In this document: piece after piece, positions 22,847-36,024 of the stretch
How positions within the stretch are numbered: position 1 is the stretch's first letter
How the letters are laid out: every line of letters starts with the position of its first letter
From: Candidatus Latescibacterota bacterium
GTDB lineage: Bacteria > Latescibacterota > UBA2968 > UBA8231
DNA length: 64,000 nt
Reading direction: 5' to 3'
Assembly: GCA_965208105.1 (NCBI GenBank)
Contig: OZ242318.1
Location: forward strand, 1,280,001 to 1,344,000
Made by a program: the position numbers and the translations under genes
Notes under the pieces: model-generated
Told to the model about the DNA's origin: nothing
Databases searched by the model: none
Seen by the model: only the letters and a program-made list of their open reading frames with translations

Positions 22847-23629
22847 GTGCCCAAGGAAACTATTGGAAAAACCTTTCTGGTAGCCTTGTTGCTTTGCGTC
22901 GTCTGCTCTGTGCTGGTCTCGGCCGCCGCGGTGTACCTGCGCCCGACCCAGGCAGCCAACAAGAACCTCGACAGAAAGAAAAATATTCTCATGGCCGCCG
23001 ATCTCCTGAAGGAAGGCCTGAGCGTGGAGGAGGCCTTCAAGAGTATCGAGCCCAGAGTTGTGAATCTCGCCACCGGTGAGTACGTAGAGGATATCGATGC
23101 GGAAAGCTACGACCAGCGCAGGGCGGCCCGGGAGCCGGCCGAAAGCGAGGTGATCCCTCCCTCGGAGGATATAGCCAGCGTCAGAAGGAAAGCCAAACGG
23201 GCCTCGGTGTACCTCATCTACAGGGGCGACGAAGTCCGAAAGATCATTTTGCCCCTGCACGGGTTAGGCCTGTGGTCGACCCTCTACGGCTTCGTCGCCT
23301 TGGACGCGCGCGACCTGAACACCATCCGGGGGCTGGTCTACTACGAACACGGAGAAACGCCGGGCCTGGGGGGAGAGGTGGACAACCCCGCCTGGAAAGC
23401 TCTGTGGAACGGCAAGCAGGTTTTCGATCAGAACGGCAATGTTCGCATTGAAGTCGTAAAGGGCAAGGTAGTTCCCAACCGGCCCGAAGCCAGGTACCAG
23501 GTCGACGGTCTTTCCGGTGCGACCATTACCTCTCGGGGGGTCAGCAATATGCTGAGGTACTGGCTGGGCGAGGACGGTTTCGGTCCATACCTGGACCGGC
23601 TGAAAGCTCAGGGAGCAAGACATGGCTAA
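22847..23629 (+). CDS. nqrC: Na+-NQR subunit C
   Basis: N-terminal anchor, [21 protein letters not shown] site [11 protein letters not shown]. Confidence 0.95.
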   Translation: MPKETIGKTFLVALLLCVVCSVLVSAAAVYLRPTQAANKNLDRKKNILMAADLLKEGLSVEEAFKSIEPRVVNLATGEYVEDIDAESYDQRRAAREPAESEVIPPSEDIASVRRKAKRASVYLIYRGDEVRKIILPLHGLGLWSTLYGFVALDARDLNTIRGLVYYEHGETPGLGGEVDNPAWKALWNGKQVFDQNGNVRIEVVKGKVVPNRPEARYQVDGLSGATITSRGVSNMLRYWLGEDGFGPYLDRLKAQGARHG

Positions 23630-24248
23630 AGCTAAAGACACTCTGCTCGATCCACTTTTGAACAACAATCCCATCGCTTTGCAGATACTTGGAATCTGCT
23701 CCGCCCTGGCGGTTACCAGCAAGCTGGAGACGGCCATAGTAATGTCGATGGCGGTCACCTTCGTCCTCGGCTTTTCCAACATAGGCGTGAGCCTGATCCG
23801 CAATCACATCCCGACGAATATCCGCATTATCGTACAGATGACGATCATTGCCTCCCTTGTCATCATCGTCGATCAATTCCTCCGGGCCTATGCCTTCGAT
23901 ATCAGCAAGCAGTTGTCCGTTTTCGTCGGTTTGATCATAACCAATTGCATCATCATGGGACGAGCGGAAGCCTTTGCCATGAAGAACGGGGTGGGCATGA
24001 GCTTTCTCGACGGCATAGGCAATGCCATCGGCTACAGCCTCATTCTGCTCGTGGTCGGCGTTTGCCGCGAACTCTTTGGAACCGGCAAACTTCTCGGCCT
24101 TCAAATTTTTTCCGTGCTCGCAGAGGGCGGCTGGTACGCCCCCAACGGCCTGATGCTGCTGCCCCCCAGCGCCTTTTTCATAATCGGCGTGTTCATCTGG
24201 GTGCTGAGGAGCTTCAAGGTCGAGCAAGTAGAAGAGGAGAGGCATTGA
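23622..24248 (+). CDS. nqrD: Na+-NQR subunit D
   Basis: [36 protein letters not shown]. Confidence 0.95.
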   Translation: MAKAKDTLLDPLLNNNPIALQILGICSALAVTSKLETAIVMSMAVTFVLGFSNIGVSLIRNHIPTNIRIIVQMTIIASLVIIVDQFLRAYAFDISKQLSVFVGLIITNCIIMGRAEAFAMKNGVGMSFLDGIGNAIGYSLILLVVGVCRELFGTGKLLGLQIFSVLAEGGWYAPNGLMLLPPSAFFIIGVFIWVLRSFKVEQVEEERH

Positions 24249-24249
24249 G

Positions 24250-24861
24250 ATGCTGGAAGCCTACCTGAACCTGTTCGTCAAGGCGATATTCGTCGAAAAT
24301 ATGGCACTGGCCTTCTTCCTGGGCATGTGCACCTTTCTGGCCGTTTCGAAAAAGGTGAACACCGCGGCAGGCCTAGGCCTGGCGGTTATCGTGGTCCAGG
24401 GTATCACGGTCCCGGCCAACAATTTGGTATACCGCCACCTGCTCAAGGAAGACGCCCTCGCCTGGGCTGGCCTGTCGGGAGTGGACCTGACCTTCGTCGG
24501 GCTGATCAGCTACATCGGCATGATCGCCGCCATGGTGCAGATCCTCGAGATGTTCCTGGACAAGTTCGTGCCGTCGCTCTACAACGCCCTGGGTATCTTC
24601 CTGCCGCTCATCACGGTCAACTGCGCCATCCTTGGGGGTTCTCTCTTCATGGTCGAACGCGATTACAACTTCGGCGAGAGCGTGGTCTTCGGACTGGGGT
24701 CGGGAGTAGGTTGGGCCCTCGCCATCGTGGCCCTGGCAGGTGTGCGCGAGAAGATGAAGTACAGCGACGTTCCGCCGGGGCTGCGCGGGTTGGGCATTAC
24801 ATTTATTACCGTTGGCCTGATGTCACTGGCGTTCATGTCGTTCGGCGGGATTCAGCTATAG
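24250..24861 (+). CDS. nqrE: Na+-NQR subunit E
   Basis: [40 protein letters not shown]. Confidence 0.95.
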   Translation: MLEAYLNLFVKAIFVENMALAFFLGMCTFLAVSKKVNTAAGLGLAVIVVQGITVPANNLVYRHLLKEDALAWAGLSGVDLTFVGLISYIGMIAAMVQILEMFLDKFVPSLYNALGIFLPLITVNCAILGGSLFMVERDYNFGESVVFGLGSGVGWALAIVALAGVREKMKYSDVPPGLRGLGITFITVGLMSLAFMSFGGIQL

Positions 24862-24936
24862 GAGCCCATCTCCTCCGCCAGCCTCGAGGTGGCCACAGCG
24901 CATGGATTCCATGGAAGGGTAGAAAGGTTCCGTCTA

Positions 24937-26175
24937 ATGATTGAGATCAGTGCGGGCGTTGGCATGTTTACCGGGGTGGTGCTGTTCCTGGTGGCCATCA
25001 TCCTCGCGGCCCGGTCCAGGCTCGTGGCCAGCGGCAACGTCAATATTCTCATCAACGACGATGCCGAGAAGGCAATCTCGGTCCCGACCGGCGGCAAACT
25101 GCTCAACGTGCTGGCGGACAACAAGGTCTTCGTTTCGTCCGCCTGTGGGGGAGGCGGGACCTGTGCCCAGTGCAAGGTTCATGTTCACGAAGGCGGCGGC
25201 GATATCCTGGCCACCGAAATGGAGCACATATCCAAGCGCGAGGCCAGGGAAGGAATGCGGCTCTCATGCCAGGTCAATGTCAAGCAGGATATGAGAATCG
25301 AGGTCCCGCCCGAGGTCTTTTCGGTCAGGAGGTGGGAGTGCGAGGTGGTCTCCAACGAAAACGTGGCCACCTTTATCAAGGAGTTGGTACTCAAACTCCC
25401 GGAAGGAGAAACCCTGGACTTCCAACCCGGCGGTTTTATCCAGATCGAGGTCCCCCCCTTCGAATGCAGTTTCAGAGAATTCGACATCGAGGAAGAGTAC
25501 CACCCCGATTGGGACCGCTTCAAGGTGTGGGATCTCAAGACGGTCAACAGTGAGCAGGTATTCCGCGCTTACTCCATGGCGAACCATCCGGCTGAGGGCG
25601 ATATGGTCATGTTGAACATCCGCATTGCCACGCCGCCGCCGGACCGCGAAAGGGGAGGATGGATGAATTACAATCCAGGGATTGTCTCCTCCTATACCTT
25701 CAATCTCAAGCCGGGCGACAAGACCACCATTTCGGGTTCGTTCGGCGAGTTCTTCATCCAGGATACGGACCGCGAAATGCTCTACATTGGGGGCGGTGCG
25801 GGCATGGCCCCCCTGCGCTCCCATATCTTTCACCTCTTTCACACCTTGGATACCAGCCGCAGGGTGTCCTACTGGTACGGCGCGCGTTCCCTCAAGGAAC
25901 TGTTCTACGAGGACCACTTTCGCAAGATTGAAAAGGAGTTTCCCAACTTCTCCTTTCACGTGGCCATGTCCGAACCGCTGCCGGAAGACGACTGGAAAGG
26001 GCACGTGGGGTTCATCCACCAGGTGGTTCTGGAAAACTACCTGGAAAAGCACCCGGCTCCTGAGGATATTGAGTACTATCTGTGCGGTCCGCCCCTCATG
26101 CTGCAGGCGGTTCTCAAAATGCTGGACGATCTGGGCGTCGAATCCGATATGATTCGCTTCGACGATTTTGGTTGA
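24937..26175 (+). CDS. nqrF: Na+-NQR subunit F
   Basis: 2Fe-2S motif [12 protein letters not shown]...[31 protein letters not shown] terminus; ATG 24937. Confidence 0.95.
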   Translation: MIEISAGVGMFTGVVLFLVAIILAARSRLVASGNVNILINDDAEKAISVPTGGKLLNVLADNKVFVSSACGGGGTCAQCKVHVHEGGGDILATEMEHISKREAREGMRLSCQVNVKQDMRIEVPPEVFSVRRWECEVVSNENVATFIKELVLKLPEGETLDFQPGGFIQIEVPPFECSFREFDIEEEYHPDWDRFKVWDLKTVNSEQVFRAYSMANHPAEGDMVMLNIRIATPPPDRERGGWMNYNPGIVSSYTFNLKPGDKTTISGSFGEFFIQDTDREMLYIGGGAGMAPLRSHIFHLFHTLDTSRRVSYWYGARSLKELFYEDHFRKIEKEFPNFSFHVAMSEPLPEDDWKGHVGFIHQVVLENYLEKHPAPEDIEYYLCGPPLMLQAVLKMLDDLGVESDMIRFDDFG

Positions 26176-26186
26176 GGAGGCAGGAA

Positions 26187-26384
26187 GTGAGTTTATTTCT
26201 CGCCGCTATCACGGTTTTCGGACTCGTAATGGCGGGCATGGCCGTTGGGGTGATATTCAGCAACCGCCGCATCAAAGGTTCGTGCGGCGGCCTGAGCACC
26301 ATGAGCGATGAGTTGGGTGAGCCCATGTGCGAATGCGGGGCAGCCCCGGGGTCCTGCGGGGAAGCCGAGTTGGAGACGAGCTGA
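26187..26384 (+). CDS. nqrM: Na+-NQR maturation factor NqrM (DUF539)
   Basis: One TM helix then [17 protein letters not shown] and a Cys-rich tail (CEC...C); follows nqrF; GTG start with RBS. Confidence 0.85.
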   Translation: MSLFLAAITVFGLVMAGMAVGVIFSNRRIKGSCGGLSTMSDELGEPMCECGAAPGSCGEAELETS

Positions 26385-26404
26385 GCACTGCCGGCGGTTT
26401 TGAT

Positions 26405-26572
26405 CTAGTGCCCCGTCGCAGGAATTTGTCGCCATTTTTCCGCCGATCCATCCCGGGCTGCGGCGTTGCCTTCACTCGCCGTCCACCACTGGTACGACTC
26501 GCTCAGGCGCCTTGTGATCCGGGCGCCTCGGCGGCCCAATTGCGTCAACCTATCTCTGCGACGGGACACTAG
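26405..26572. mobile_element. 168-bp MITE-like element (end type A), copy 2, inverted relative to copy 1
   Basis: CTAGTGCCCCGTCGCAG...CTGCGACGGGACACTAG terminal inverted repeat with CTAG at both ends. Confidence 0.88.
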
Positions 26573-26601
26573 CGGCGGGCGGTGGTCCGCCGTTTTTCTT
26601 T
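26573..26601 (+). terminator. possible Rho-independent terminator after the nqr operon
   Basis: CGGCGG...CCGCCG stem followed by TTTTTCTTT. Confidence 0.5.
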
Positions 26602-26622
26602 GACGGTAGAACTGAATAAGCC

Positions 26623-26862
26623 ATGCCAGAAAAGAGGGAGGGCGCGTACTCCGAAATCGGGACCTACGCGAGTTCGGGCATTCAGTTCGCGGTGACGGTC
26701 CTACTCTTTCTGGCGGGCGGTTGGTGGCTGGACGACTATCTAGCGACCACGCCGCTCTTTCTCTTGTTGGGTACCCTGATCGGCGCGGCAGGCGGATTTT
26801 ACAAACTCTATCGGACGCTGATGGACTTGGATGAGCGGCGCAAGCGGGAGGACGGACCGTGA
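26623..26862 (+). CDS. AtpZ/AtpI-family small membrane protein (ATP synthase gene 1)
   Basis: GWWLDDYL..TPLFLLLG pattern; first gene of the atp cluster. Confidence 0.85.
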   Translation: MPEKREGAYSEIGTYASSGIQFAVTVLLFLAGGWWLDDYLATTPLFLLLGTLIGAAGGFYKLYRTLMDLDERRKREDGP

Positions 26863-27149
26863 AGTGGGACAGCATCGCCGCTGGCTTGGCGGTCGCCGGG
26901 CTCAACGGAGCGCTCGCGCTGGCGGCGATTCGCTGGGGATGGAGCAAGGGCATGCAGGTCTTTGTGGTCGCCTTCTTCGGGGGAATGGTCGCGAGGTTTG
27001 TCGCGGTGGCCGTCCTGTCGGTAGTGGTGCTCAGATGGGCTGAGATCCATGCCGAAAGTTACTTCGTCGCGCTGGTGGCTGCGTACTTGCTTTTTCTCGC
27101 GTTTGAAATCTTTTACGTACTCAAGTTACAAGGCCGTTCAAAGCGCTAG
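26859..27149 (+). CDS. ATP synthase protein I-like membrane protein
   Basis: 96-aa hydrophobic ORF overlapping the upstream stop and preceding atpB. Confidence 0.7.
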   Translation: MKWDSIAAGLAVAGLNGALALAAIRWGWSKGMQVFVVAFFGGMVARFVAVAVLSVVVLRWAEIHAESYFVALVAAYLLFLAFEIFYVLKLQGRSKR

Positions 27150-27165
27150 AAGCGCCCATGAGGTG

Positions 27166-27194
27166 TTGACAGGAATTTACGGCCTAATTAATTT
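27166..27194 (+). promoter_or_regulatory. sigma70-type promoter upstream of atpB
   Basis: TTGACA-N17-TAATTT. Confidence 0.65.
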
Positions 27195-27253
27195 ATCTGG
27201 TTGGTTACTGCGACAGATTCCCTCCTATTTTTGGATATTTCACAAGGCAGTAC

Positions 27254-28344
<1,091 letters not shown>

Positions 28345-28354
28345 CGCAAGCGCT

Positions 28355-28846
28355 ATGTTACTCGATCCCCATGTGGGGCTCATAATATGGACGATCATCA
28401 CCTTTTTGGTGGTGCTTTTCGTCCTCAAAAGATTCGCTTGGCCCCACCTTCTGGCGGCCCTCGACGAGCGCGAGCAACGCATCAGCGACGCAATCGCCGC
28501 GGCTGAGCAGGCGCGCCAAGAGTCCGAAGAGGTCTTGCGCGAGCACCGGCAGAAGCTCGCCGCAGCCGATGAAGAGGCGCGGCAGGTCGTCGCCGAGGCC
28601 CGCGAGGCCGGGGCAAACCTGCGGCAGACAATCGTCTCCCAGGCGCGGGAAGAGGCGGAGCGGATGCTCGAACAGGCGCGGACCAGTATCGAAAGCGAGA
28701 AGCGCGCTGCCATCGCCGAGCTGCGCCGCGAGACGGCCAGTCTCGCGGTTCAAGCCGCTGGTGCGCTGATCGACGCCAATTTGGACGACGAGAAAAACCG
28801 CGGCCTCGTCGACGACTTTATAGCCAGAATTCCCGAATCCAATTGA
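28355..28846 (+). CDS. atpF: ATP synthase Fo subunit b
   Basis: N-terminal TM helix, LKRFAWP, long Ala/Glu/Arg coiled coil. Confidence 0.95.
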   Translation: MLLDPHVGLIIWTIITFLVVLFVLKRFAWPHLLAALDEREQRISDAIAAAEQARQESEEVLREHRQKLAAADEEARQVVAEAREAGANLRQTIVSQAREEAERMLEQARTSIESEKRAAIAELRRETASLAVQAAGALIDANLDDEKNRGLVDDFIARIPESN

Positions 28847-28868
28847 ACGCCATCGCGCGAGCAGGACA

Positions 28869-29405
28869 ATGAACGCACCCGAAGTAGTGCGACGCTACGC
28901 GGCTACGCTGCTGGAGGCCGCCGATGAAACGGGCGCGACCGCAGCGGTGCAGCGCGACGTCGAGCGACTTTTGGAGACCGTGCGCCAATCCGGCGAGTTG
29001 GCCGAGTTTTTGGCCAATCCTCTGGCCGACAGCCAAGCGCAAGCCAATGTCCTGCGGGAGCTCTTCAGCGGCAAGGTCGAGGTGCTGACCCTGAATTTTC
29101 TCCGGCTCATGGCTATCAGGGGCCGCGCTTCTATTATCGGCGCGGCCCTCGAAAGTTTTCTCGATCAGGTCGCCGAGCGCGAGGGCATAATCAGTGCTGA
29201 GGTGCGCTCGGCCGTGGCGTTGAGTGAGGAGCAGTGCCAGCGCCTGCGGGAGCGCTTGGAGCGCCGCAGCGGCCGCACCGTGCGCTTGGATGTCCAGGTC
29301 GATGCCAGTTTGCGGGGCGGCGCGATCGTCCGCGTCGGCGACACCGTATTCGACGGCAGCGTGAACACCTATCTGGAGCGCCTGCAAGCGCGTCTGGCCG
29401 GTTAG
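28869..29405 (+). CDS. atpH: ATP synthase F1 delta
   Basis: [32 protein letters not shown]. Confidence 0.93.
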   Translation: MNAPEVVRRYAATLLEAADETGATAAVQRDVERLLETVRQSGELAEFLANPLADSQAQANVLRELFSGKVEVLTLNFLRLMAIRGRASIIGAALESFLDQVAEREGIISAEVRSAVALSEEQCQRLRERLERRSGRTVRLDVQVDASLRGGAIVRVGDTVFDGSVNTYLERLQARLAG

Positions 29406-29419
29406 TCACAGGAGGATCT

Positions 29420-30952
29420 ATGGCCACCGAAACGATGGTTCAGCCCGATGAGATTTCCCAAATTCTCAAGCAACAGCTACTGGGCTTTGAAAAAGAAATA
29501 GACGTATTCGAGTCAGGTACCGTGCTCTATGTCGGCGATGGCACCGCCCGCGTCCACGGTCTGAGCAACGTGCGGGCCACCGAATTGGTGGAATTCCCTC
29601 ACGGCATCATGGGCATGGCCCTCAACCTCGAAGAAGACAACGTCGGCTGTGTACTCTTCGGCGAGGACACCCTGATCAACGAAGGCGACCAAGTAAAGCG
29701 CACCGACCGCATCGTCGAAGTGCCAGTTGGCGAGGCTCTCTTGGGCCGGGTCGTCAATCCCTTGGGCATGCCCATTGACGGCAAGGGCGACATCCAAGCT
29801 GACGAGAGCGTGCCGGTCGAGCGCAAAGCCCCGGGCGTCATCGACCGCCAGCCGGTTAGCGAGGCCCTGCAGACGGGCATTAAAATCATCGACTCGACCG
29901 TTCCCATCGGCCGCGGTCAGCGCGAGTTGATCATCGGCGATCGCCAGACGGGCAAGACGGCCATTGCCGTTGATACCATCATCAACCAGCGCGACCAAGA
30001 CGTCAAGTGCATCTACGTGGCCATCGGCCAGAAGGCCTCAACCGTGGCCAAGTTGGTGGCCGAACTGGAAGCCAATGGTGCCATGGAGTACACTATCGTG
30101 GTCTCGGCCACGGCGTCCGATCCGGCACCTTTGCAGTTTTTGGCACCCTATGCCGGTGCTTCGATGGGCGAGTACTTCCGCGATAATGGTCAGCACGCCC
30201 TGATCATCTACGACGATCTGTCCAAACAGGCTTGGGCCTACCGCGAGATGTCGCTGATCTTGCGCCGGCCCCCGGGCCGCGAAGCCTATCCGGGCGACGT
30301 GTTCTACTTGCACTCGCGCCTGCTGGAGCGCGCGGCCAAGATGAGCGATGAGAAGGGCGGCGGATCGCTGACGGCCCTGCCGATTATCGAGATTCTCGAA
30401 GGCGACGTATCGACTTTTATACCCACCAACGTCATCTCGATTACCGATGGCCAGATCCTGCTCAAACCCGAGTTGTTCTACTCGGGGAACAGGCCGGCCA
30501 TGGACGTGGGAGCCTCGGTGTCGCGCGTGGGCAGCGATGCCCAGACCAGGGCGATGAAAGCAGTGGCCAAGACCATCAAGGGCGATATTTCGCGCTACAA
30601 CGAAGTCAAGGCGTTCGCTCAATTCGGCACTTCGGGTTTGGACCAAGCCACGCGCAATCTGCTCAACCGCGGCGAGAAGCTGATGGAAATCCTCAAGCAG
30701 GATCAGTTCTCTCCGCAGTCGCTGGCCGAACTGACGGTTGCGCTGTCGATCATCGACCACGTACTCGATCTGCCCACGGCCGACATAGGCCGCTTTGAAG
30801 CCGAGTTGCTGGCCTACATGCGGGATCACCAGGCCGAGCTTATGGAGGAGATCTACGAGAGTCGAGATTTGAGCGACGAAACTAGGGAAAAGCTCGACGC
30901 GGCGATCGAAGAGTTCAAGGGTGGCTTCCGTCCCTCTGCGGGAGCTGACTAA
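29420..30952 (+). CDS. atpA: ATP synthase F1 alpha
   Basis: [41 protein letters not shown]; ATG 29420 with AGGAGG RBS. Confidence 0.97.
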   Translation: MATETMVQPDEISQILKQQLLGFEKEIDVFESGTVLYVGDGTARVHGLSNVRATELVEFPHGIMGMALNLEEDNVGCVLFGEDTLINEGDQVKRTDRIVEVPVGEALLGRVVNPLGMPIDGKGDIQADESVPVERKAPGVIDRQPVSEALQTGIKIIDSTVPIGRGQRELIIGDRQTGKTAIAVDTIINQRDQDVKCIYVAIGQKASTVAKLVAELEANGAMEYTIVVSATASDPAPLQFLAPYAGASMGEYFRDNGQHALIIYDDLSKQAWAYREMSLILRRPPGREAYPGDVFYLHSRLLERAAKMSDEKGGGSLTALPIIEILEGDVSTFIPTNVISITDGQILLKPELFYSGNRPAMDVGASVSRVGSDAQTRAMKAVAKTIKGDISRYNEVKAFAQFGTSGLDQATRNLLNRGEKLMEILKQDQFSPQSLAELTVALSIIDHVLDLPTADIGRFEAELLAYMRDHQAELMEEIYESRDLSDETREKLDAAIEEFKGGFRPSAGAD

Positions 30953-30955
30953 GAA

Positions 30956-31810
30956 GTGGCTACCCTTCGCGAACTCAGGACGCGCGTCGCCAGCATCACC
31001 AATATCCAGCGCGTCACAAACGCCATGCAGATGGTGGCGGCGGCCAAGATGCGCCGCGCTCAGGCGGCGATTTTAGCTGCCCGGCCGTACGCCCAGCGAC
31101 TGGACCAAGTACTGAAAGCGCTGCATCAGAGCGTCGATGTCTACGAGCAGCCGCTCTTTGCGGTTCGCCCGGTTCAGCGCGTTGTGCTGGTGGTCATAAC
31201 CTCCGATCGCGGTCTCTGCGGTGCCTTTAACACCAACCTGTGCCGTCGGGTTCAGGACGAGTTGGACGAGTATGTAGACGCCCAACCTGAGTTGATCACC
31301 ATCGGGAACAAGGGCTGGGACTTCTTCAGCCATCGCGGCTACTCAATCTCCCGCCATCACGCCGATGTGTTCAACCAGCTCGAGTTAGTTCGCGCTGCGG
31401 ATATAGCTCAGGATCTAACGAGTCGCTTTGCCGCTGGCCAGACCGACCGGGTGTTGCTCTGCTATAGCGAATACTCCTCTGTCACTTCCCAAGTGCCAAC
31501 CGTCCGCCAGCTCCTGCCCATCGCGCCCGAAGAGGAAACAGGTGAGAGTGCCAAGTACGCCTTCGAGCCATCTCCCGAGGTCCTGTTGGGCACCTTGGTT
31601 GAGCGTCAGATCAACTTCCAGGTATGGCGCGCTCTGCTGGAGTCAAATGTGGGCTTTTTCGCCGCCCAGATGATGGCGATGGACAACGCCACTAAGAACG
31701 CCAGAGACATGATCGAGGATCTGACCCGCGAAATGAACAAGGAGCGGCAGGCCTCGATAACTCTCGAATTGATGGACATTATCGGCGGTGCCGAGGCTGT
31801 GGCTCAATAG
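30956..31810 (+). CDS. atpG: ATP synthase F1 gamma
   Basis: VTNAMQMVAAAK, TSDRGLCGAFN, AMDNATKNA, RQASITLE. Confidence 0.96.
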   Translation: MATLRELRTRVASITNIQRVTNAMQMVAAAKMRRAQAAILAARPYAQRLDQVLKALHQSVDVYEQPLFAVRPVQRVVLVVITSDRGLCGAFNTNLCRRVQDELDEYVDAQPELITIGNKGWDFFSHRGYSISRHHADVFNQLELVRAADIAQDLTSRFAAGQTDRVLLCYSEYSSVTSQVPTVRQLLPIAPEEETGESAKYAFEPSPEVLLGTLVERQINFQVWRALLESNVGFFAAQMMAMDNATKNARDMIEDLTREMNKERQASITLELMDIIGGAEAVAQ

Positions 31811-33235
<1,425 letters not shown>

Positions 33236-33238
33236 TCT

Positions 33239-33643
33239 ATGCCCGCCTTCGCCTTAGAGGTTGTCACGCCAGAGCGGGTGGCCTACTCGGGTCGGGTAGC
33301 CAGCCTGCAAGCGCCCGGTAGCGAGGGGAGTTTCGGCGTCCTCGCCGGACACATCCCGCTTTTGACCTCGTTGCAGATAGGGCGGTTGCGGTTTGTCGAG
33401 GAGGACGGCAATGAGGTTCAAATGGCCATCAGCGGCGGTTTTGTCGAGGTCGGGCGCGAGCAGGTTGCGGTGCTAGCCGAGACGGCTGAACGCGTCGAGG
33501 AGATAGACGTAGCGCGGGCCGAGGCCGCGCGGCAGCGGGCCGAGGAACGGTTGGCGCGGGCGCGGGAGGAGCGGGTCGATGCTGCGCGCGCCGAGGCGGC
33601 GCTGGCGCGCGCAATTAATCGACTCAAGGTAGCCTCCGGTTAG
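33239..33643 (+). CDS. atpC: ATP synthase F1 epsilon
   Basis: LEVVTPE, GSFGVLAGHIP, SGGFVEV, C-terminal helices. Confidence 0.95.
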   Translation: MPAFALEVVTPERVAYSGRVASLQAPGSEGSFGVLAGHIPLLTSLQIGRLRFVEEDGNEVQMAISGGFVEVGREQVAVLAETAERVEEIDVARAEAARQRAEERLARAREERVDAARAEAALARAINRLKVASG

Positions 33644-33828
33644 TGTGAGGAAGCTGTTCCGGGTTCGAGCATCTCCGGACGGCTGGTTTCTCTGTGCCAT
33701 GTCGCAGCAGGCAGTACGGGAGCAGTCCTTACTTCCCGATTCCTTTGAGTTGCTTCAGGGTCTCACCGGAATCAGGTTCACCCGCTCCCGCTCTGGTTTT
33801 TTCCGCCAACTCAGCGAACGGACGGATC

Positions 33829-34881
33829 ATGTCGTCAATTCAGCCGGCACTAAGTGCCTTTCTACATCGCCACATTCCCGACATCGAGCGCGAGATGTTC
33901 TCCTTTCTGCCGACCCAGGAGCCGGAGGACTTTCTCTACACCCCCATGCGGGATTACCCTGAGCGCGGAGGCAAGCGATCGCGGCCTGCCCTGGTGCTCC
34001 TCTCCTGCGATGCCCTCGGCGGGGATATGAGCCTGGCCATTCGCACGGCGGTCGCCTTTGAAATCTTTCACTCCTTCGCTCTGCTTCACGACGACATCGA
34101 GGACAATTCCGAGGTCAGACGCGGCAAGCCCTGCATTCACAAGCTGCACGGCATCCCATTGAGCGTCAATATCGGCGATGCGCTCTACGCCAAGGTCTTC
34201 GAGGTTCTGTGCGCCAATCGCGAGGTCCTGGGACCCGAAAAGTCTCTGGAGCTAATCGATTTAATGGTGGATGGAGCGCGGCAGACCTTTGAGGGGCAGG
34301 CCTACGACGTGGGCTGGATCCAGAAGCGCTACGTCCCTACCGAAGAAGAGTTCATGACCATGCTGCGCAAGAAGACCGGGTGGTACACGGGCAGGGGACC
34401 ATGTACGGCCGGAGCCATCATCGCCGACGCCGATTCCCGGATGCGCCGCGCCATGGGGGATTTCGGCGAAGCCATGGCGGTGGCCTTCCAGATTCGCGAC
34501 GACCTGCTCAACCTGACCTCCGCGGAAGAGGACGCGGAGGTTGCTCCGAGTCTGACCTCCGGGGCCTACGGCAAGGAGCGCGGCGGCGATATCGCCGAGG
34601 GCAAGCGCACCCTGATCATTATCGACCTCCTGCGCAAGTGCACGGCTGCAGAAGCCGAGGAGGTTCTGGACATCCTGCACCGCGACCGGGAACACAATAC
34701 TGCCGCTGACATCGAGCGCGTAATCGGCCTGGTCGAACACTATGAGTGCATGGATTACGCCGAACAGGTGTGCCAGCAAAAAGCCCGGGAAAGCCTGGAA
34801 TTCCTGGAGATGATCCCGCCCAGTTCCACGAGGGACCTTTTGGAGGAAATGCTGCGGGTGCAGGTGGACCGCGCCTTCTGA
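33829..34881 (+). CDS. short-chain polyprenyl diphosphate synthase (GGPP/FPP synthase family)
   Basis: GGKRSRP, first Asp-rich motif LLHDDIED..RRG with Phe five residues upstream, GQAYD, KTG, FQIRDD, GDIAEGKRT. Confidence 0.88.
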   Translation: MSSIQPALSAFLHRHIPDIEREMFSFLPTQEPEDFLYTPMRDYPERGGKRSRPALVLLSCDALGGDMSLAIRTAVAFEIFHSFALLHDDIEDNSEVRRGKPCIHKLHGIPLSVNIGDALYAKVFEVLCANREVLGPEKSLELIDLMVDGARQTFEGQAYDVGWIQKRYVPTEEEFMTMLRKKTGWYTGRGPCTAGAIIADADSRMRRAMGDFGEAMAVAFQIRDDLLNLTSAEEDAEVAPSLTSGAYGKERGGDIAEGKRTLIIIDLLRKCTAAEAEEVLDILHRDREHNTAADIERVIGLVEHYECMDYAEQVCQQKARESLEFLEMIPPSSTRDLLEEMLRVQVDRAF

Positions 34882-34902
34882 CACCAACCCGAATTGAGAG
34901 AG

Positions 34903-34937
34903 AATGCCGGGGCCGGCCGCGTCCCGGCATTTTTTTG
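34903..34937 (+). terminator. Rho-independent terminator
   Basis: AATGCCGGG...CCCGGCATT stem followed by a T run. Confidence 0.75.
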
Positions 34938-34940
34938 CGC

Positions 34941-35114
34941 CTGGTCCCTGCCTATGCAACCCCGGTTAATTCAGCCGCCCCTGCACCCCTCCTCGTCTTC
35001 GCGGGGCTGCCCTCGTTCGCCGCACACCCCTCGTACGACTCGCTCAGGCGCCTTTGGAGCCGGGAGCCTCGGCGACCCCCTCGACCGCAGGCTGATTGCG
35101 CGCAGGAAACCTGG
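34941..35114. repeat. degenerate member of the MITE-like family (ends approximate)
   Basis: Contains GTACGACTCGCTCAGGCGCCTT.GGAGCCGGG.GCCTCGGCG (about 35033-35074), matching the core of 26405-26572; weak terminal inverted similarity. Confidence 0.65.
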
Positions 35115-35138
35115 CTCAATGCCTGACACCCGGTTGCC

Positions 35139-35747
35139 CTAAGCGCTCACGGATAGCGTGCCGATGACCTCCTCGGCAAGAGGCCGCAGGTACTTCTGCA
35201 GGCGGAGGCGTCCCCGGTTTACGCGCGATTTGACCGTGCCCACCGGACAGTCGATGATCTTGGAGATTTCCTCGTAGGCCAGGCCGTTGAGATCGCGCAG
35301 CAGTACCGCCTCGCGAAATTCCTCGGGAAGGTTGCGGATGGCTCTGGTGACGAGACCCTGCACCGTCCTGGTATCGGTGCGCTCCCCGGGAAGCTGTTCC
35401 CCGTCCACTGGCTCGTAGAACGATTTCCGGCCCTCATCCTCACTTGGCCCGATGGGAACCCAATACCAGCGCTTGCGCCGGCGCAACTCGGTCTTGGCCA
35501 GGTTGCCGGCGATGGTGTAGAGCCAGGTGGAGACCTGCTCGATGGCAGGATACTGGTGCCTGTGCTTCAAGCAGCGCAGAAAGGTCTCCTGGACAATGTC
35601 CTCTGCGCTTTCGCGATTGCCCAGGAACCTGTAGACAAAGTTGTAGAGGGGATTGCGATAGCGCTTGACCAGAATGGTGAGGCTGGCCTGGTCCTCTGCG
35701 GCTTGCATCAGGACTTCCTTGTCCGACGGGATGTGAGTTGCTTTCAC
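35139..35747 (-). CDS. ECF-family RNA polymerase sigma factor
   Basis: AEDIVQETF, STWLYTIAGN (region 2), LAYEEIS..IDCPVGTVKSRVNRGR (region 4). Confidence 0.92.
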   Translation of the reverse strand: MKATHIPSDKEVLMQAAEDQASLTILVKRYRNPLYNFVYRFLGNRESAEDIVQETFLRCLKHRHQYPAIEQVSTWLYTIAGNLAKTELRRRKRWYWVPIGPSEDEGRKSFYEPVDGEQLPGERTDTRTVQGLVTRAIRNLPEEFREAVLLRDLNGLAYEEISKIIDCPVGTVKSRVNRGRLRLQKYLRPLAEEVIGTLSVSA

Positions 35748-35980
35748 GACTTCTCCCTTTCTCGCAATCGGTGTGATTGAGCCCCCTTGGGCAGTGTCAT
35801 GTGATTTGGCTTACCAACCTCAACAGCAACATTCATGCCACCCATGTGGAACAACCAGGCCCCCTAGCTGCCCTCCGGATTTCCCGCGACAATGCCCGAT
35901 TCTGACCAGGAAAGGATCGACAGGTCTCAGAAATTTGAGACGAACCTCACTTTTCTGAGACAGATTGTGCGACGCGCATT

Positions 35981-36009
35981 TTGACATTGTTCAGGGCAAA
36001 CCCTAGATT
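35981..36009 (+). promoter_or_regulatory. sigma70-type promoter
   Basis: TTGACA-N17-TAGATT just upstream of the SEC-C gene. Confidence 0.65.
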
Positions 36010-36024
36010 CCCCCGCAAAGTTGA

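Noticed and set aside
34480-34515. Second Asp-rich motif of the prenyl synthase reads DDLLN
   Set aside because: DDxxN/G variants occur in active short-chain synthases; not evidence of a pseudogene.
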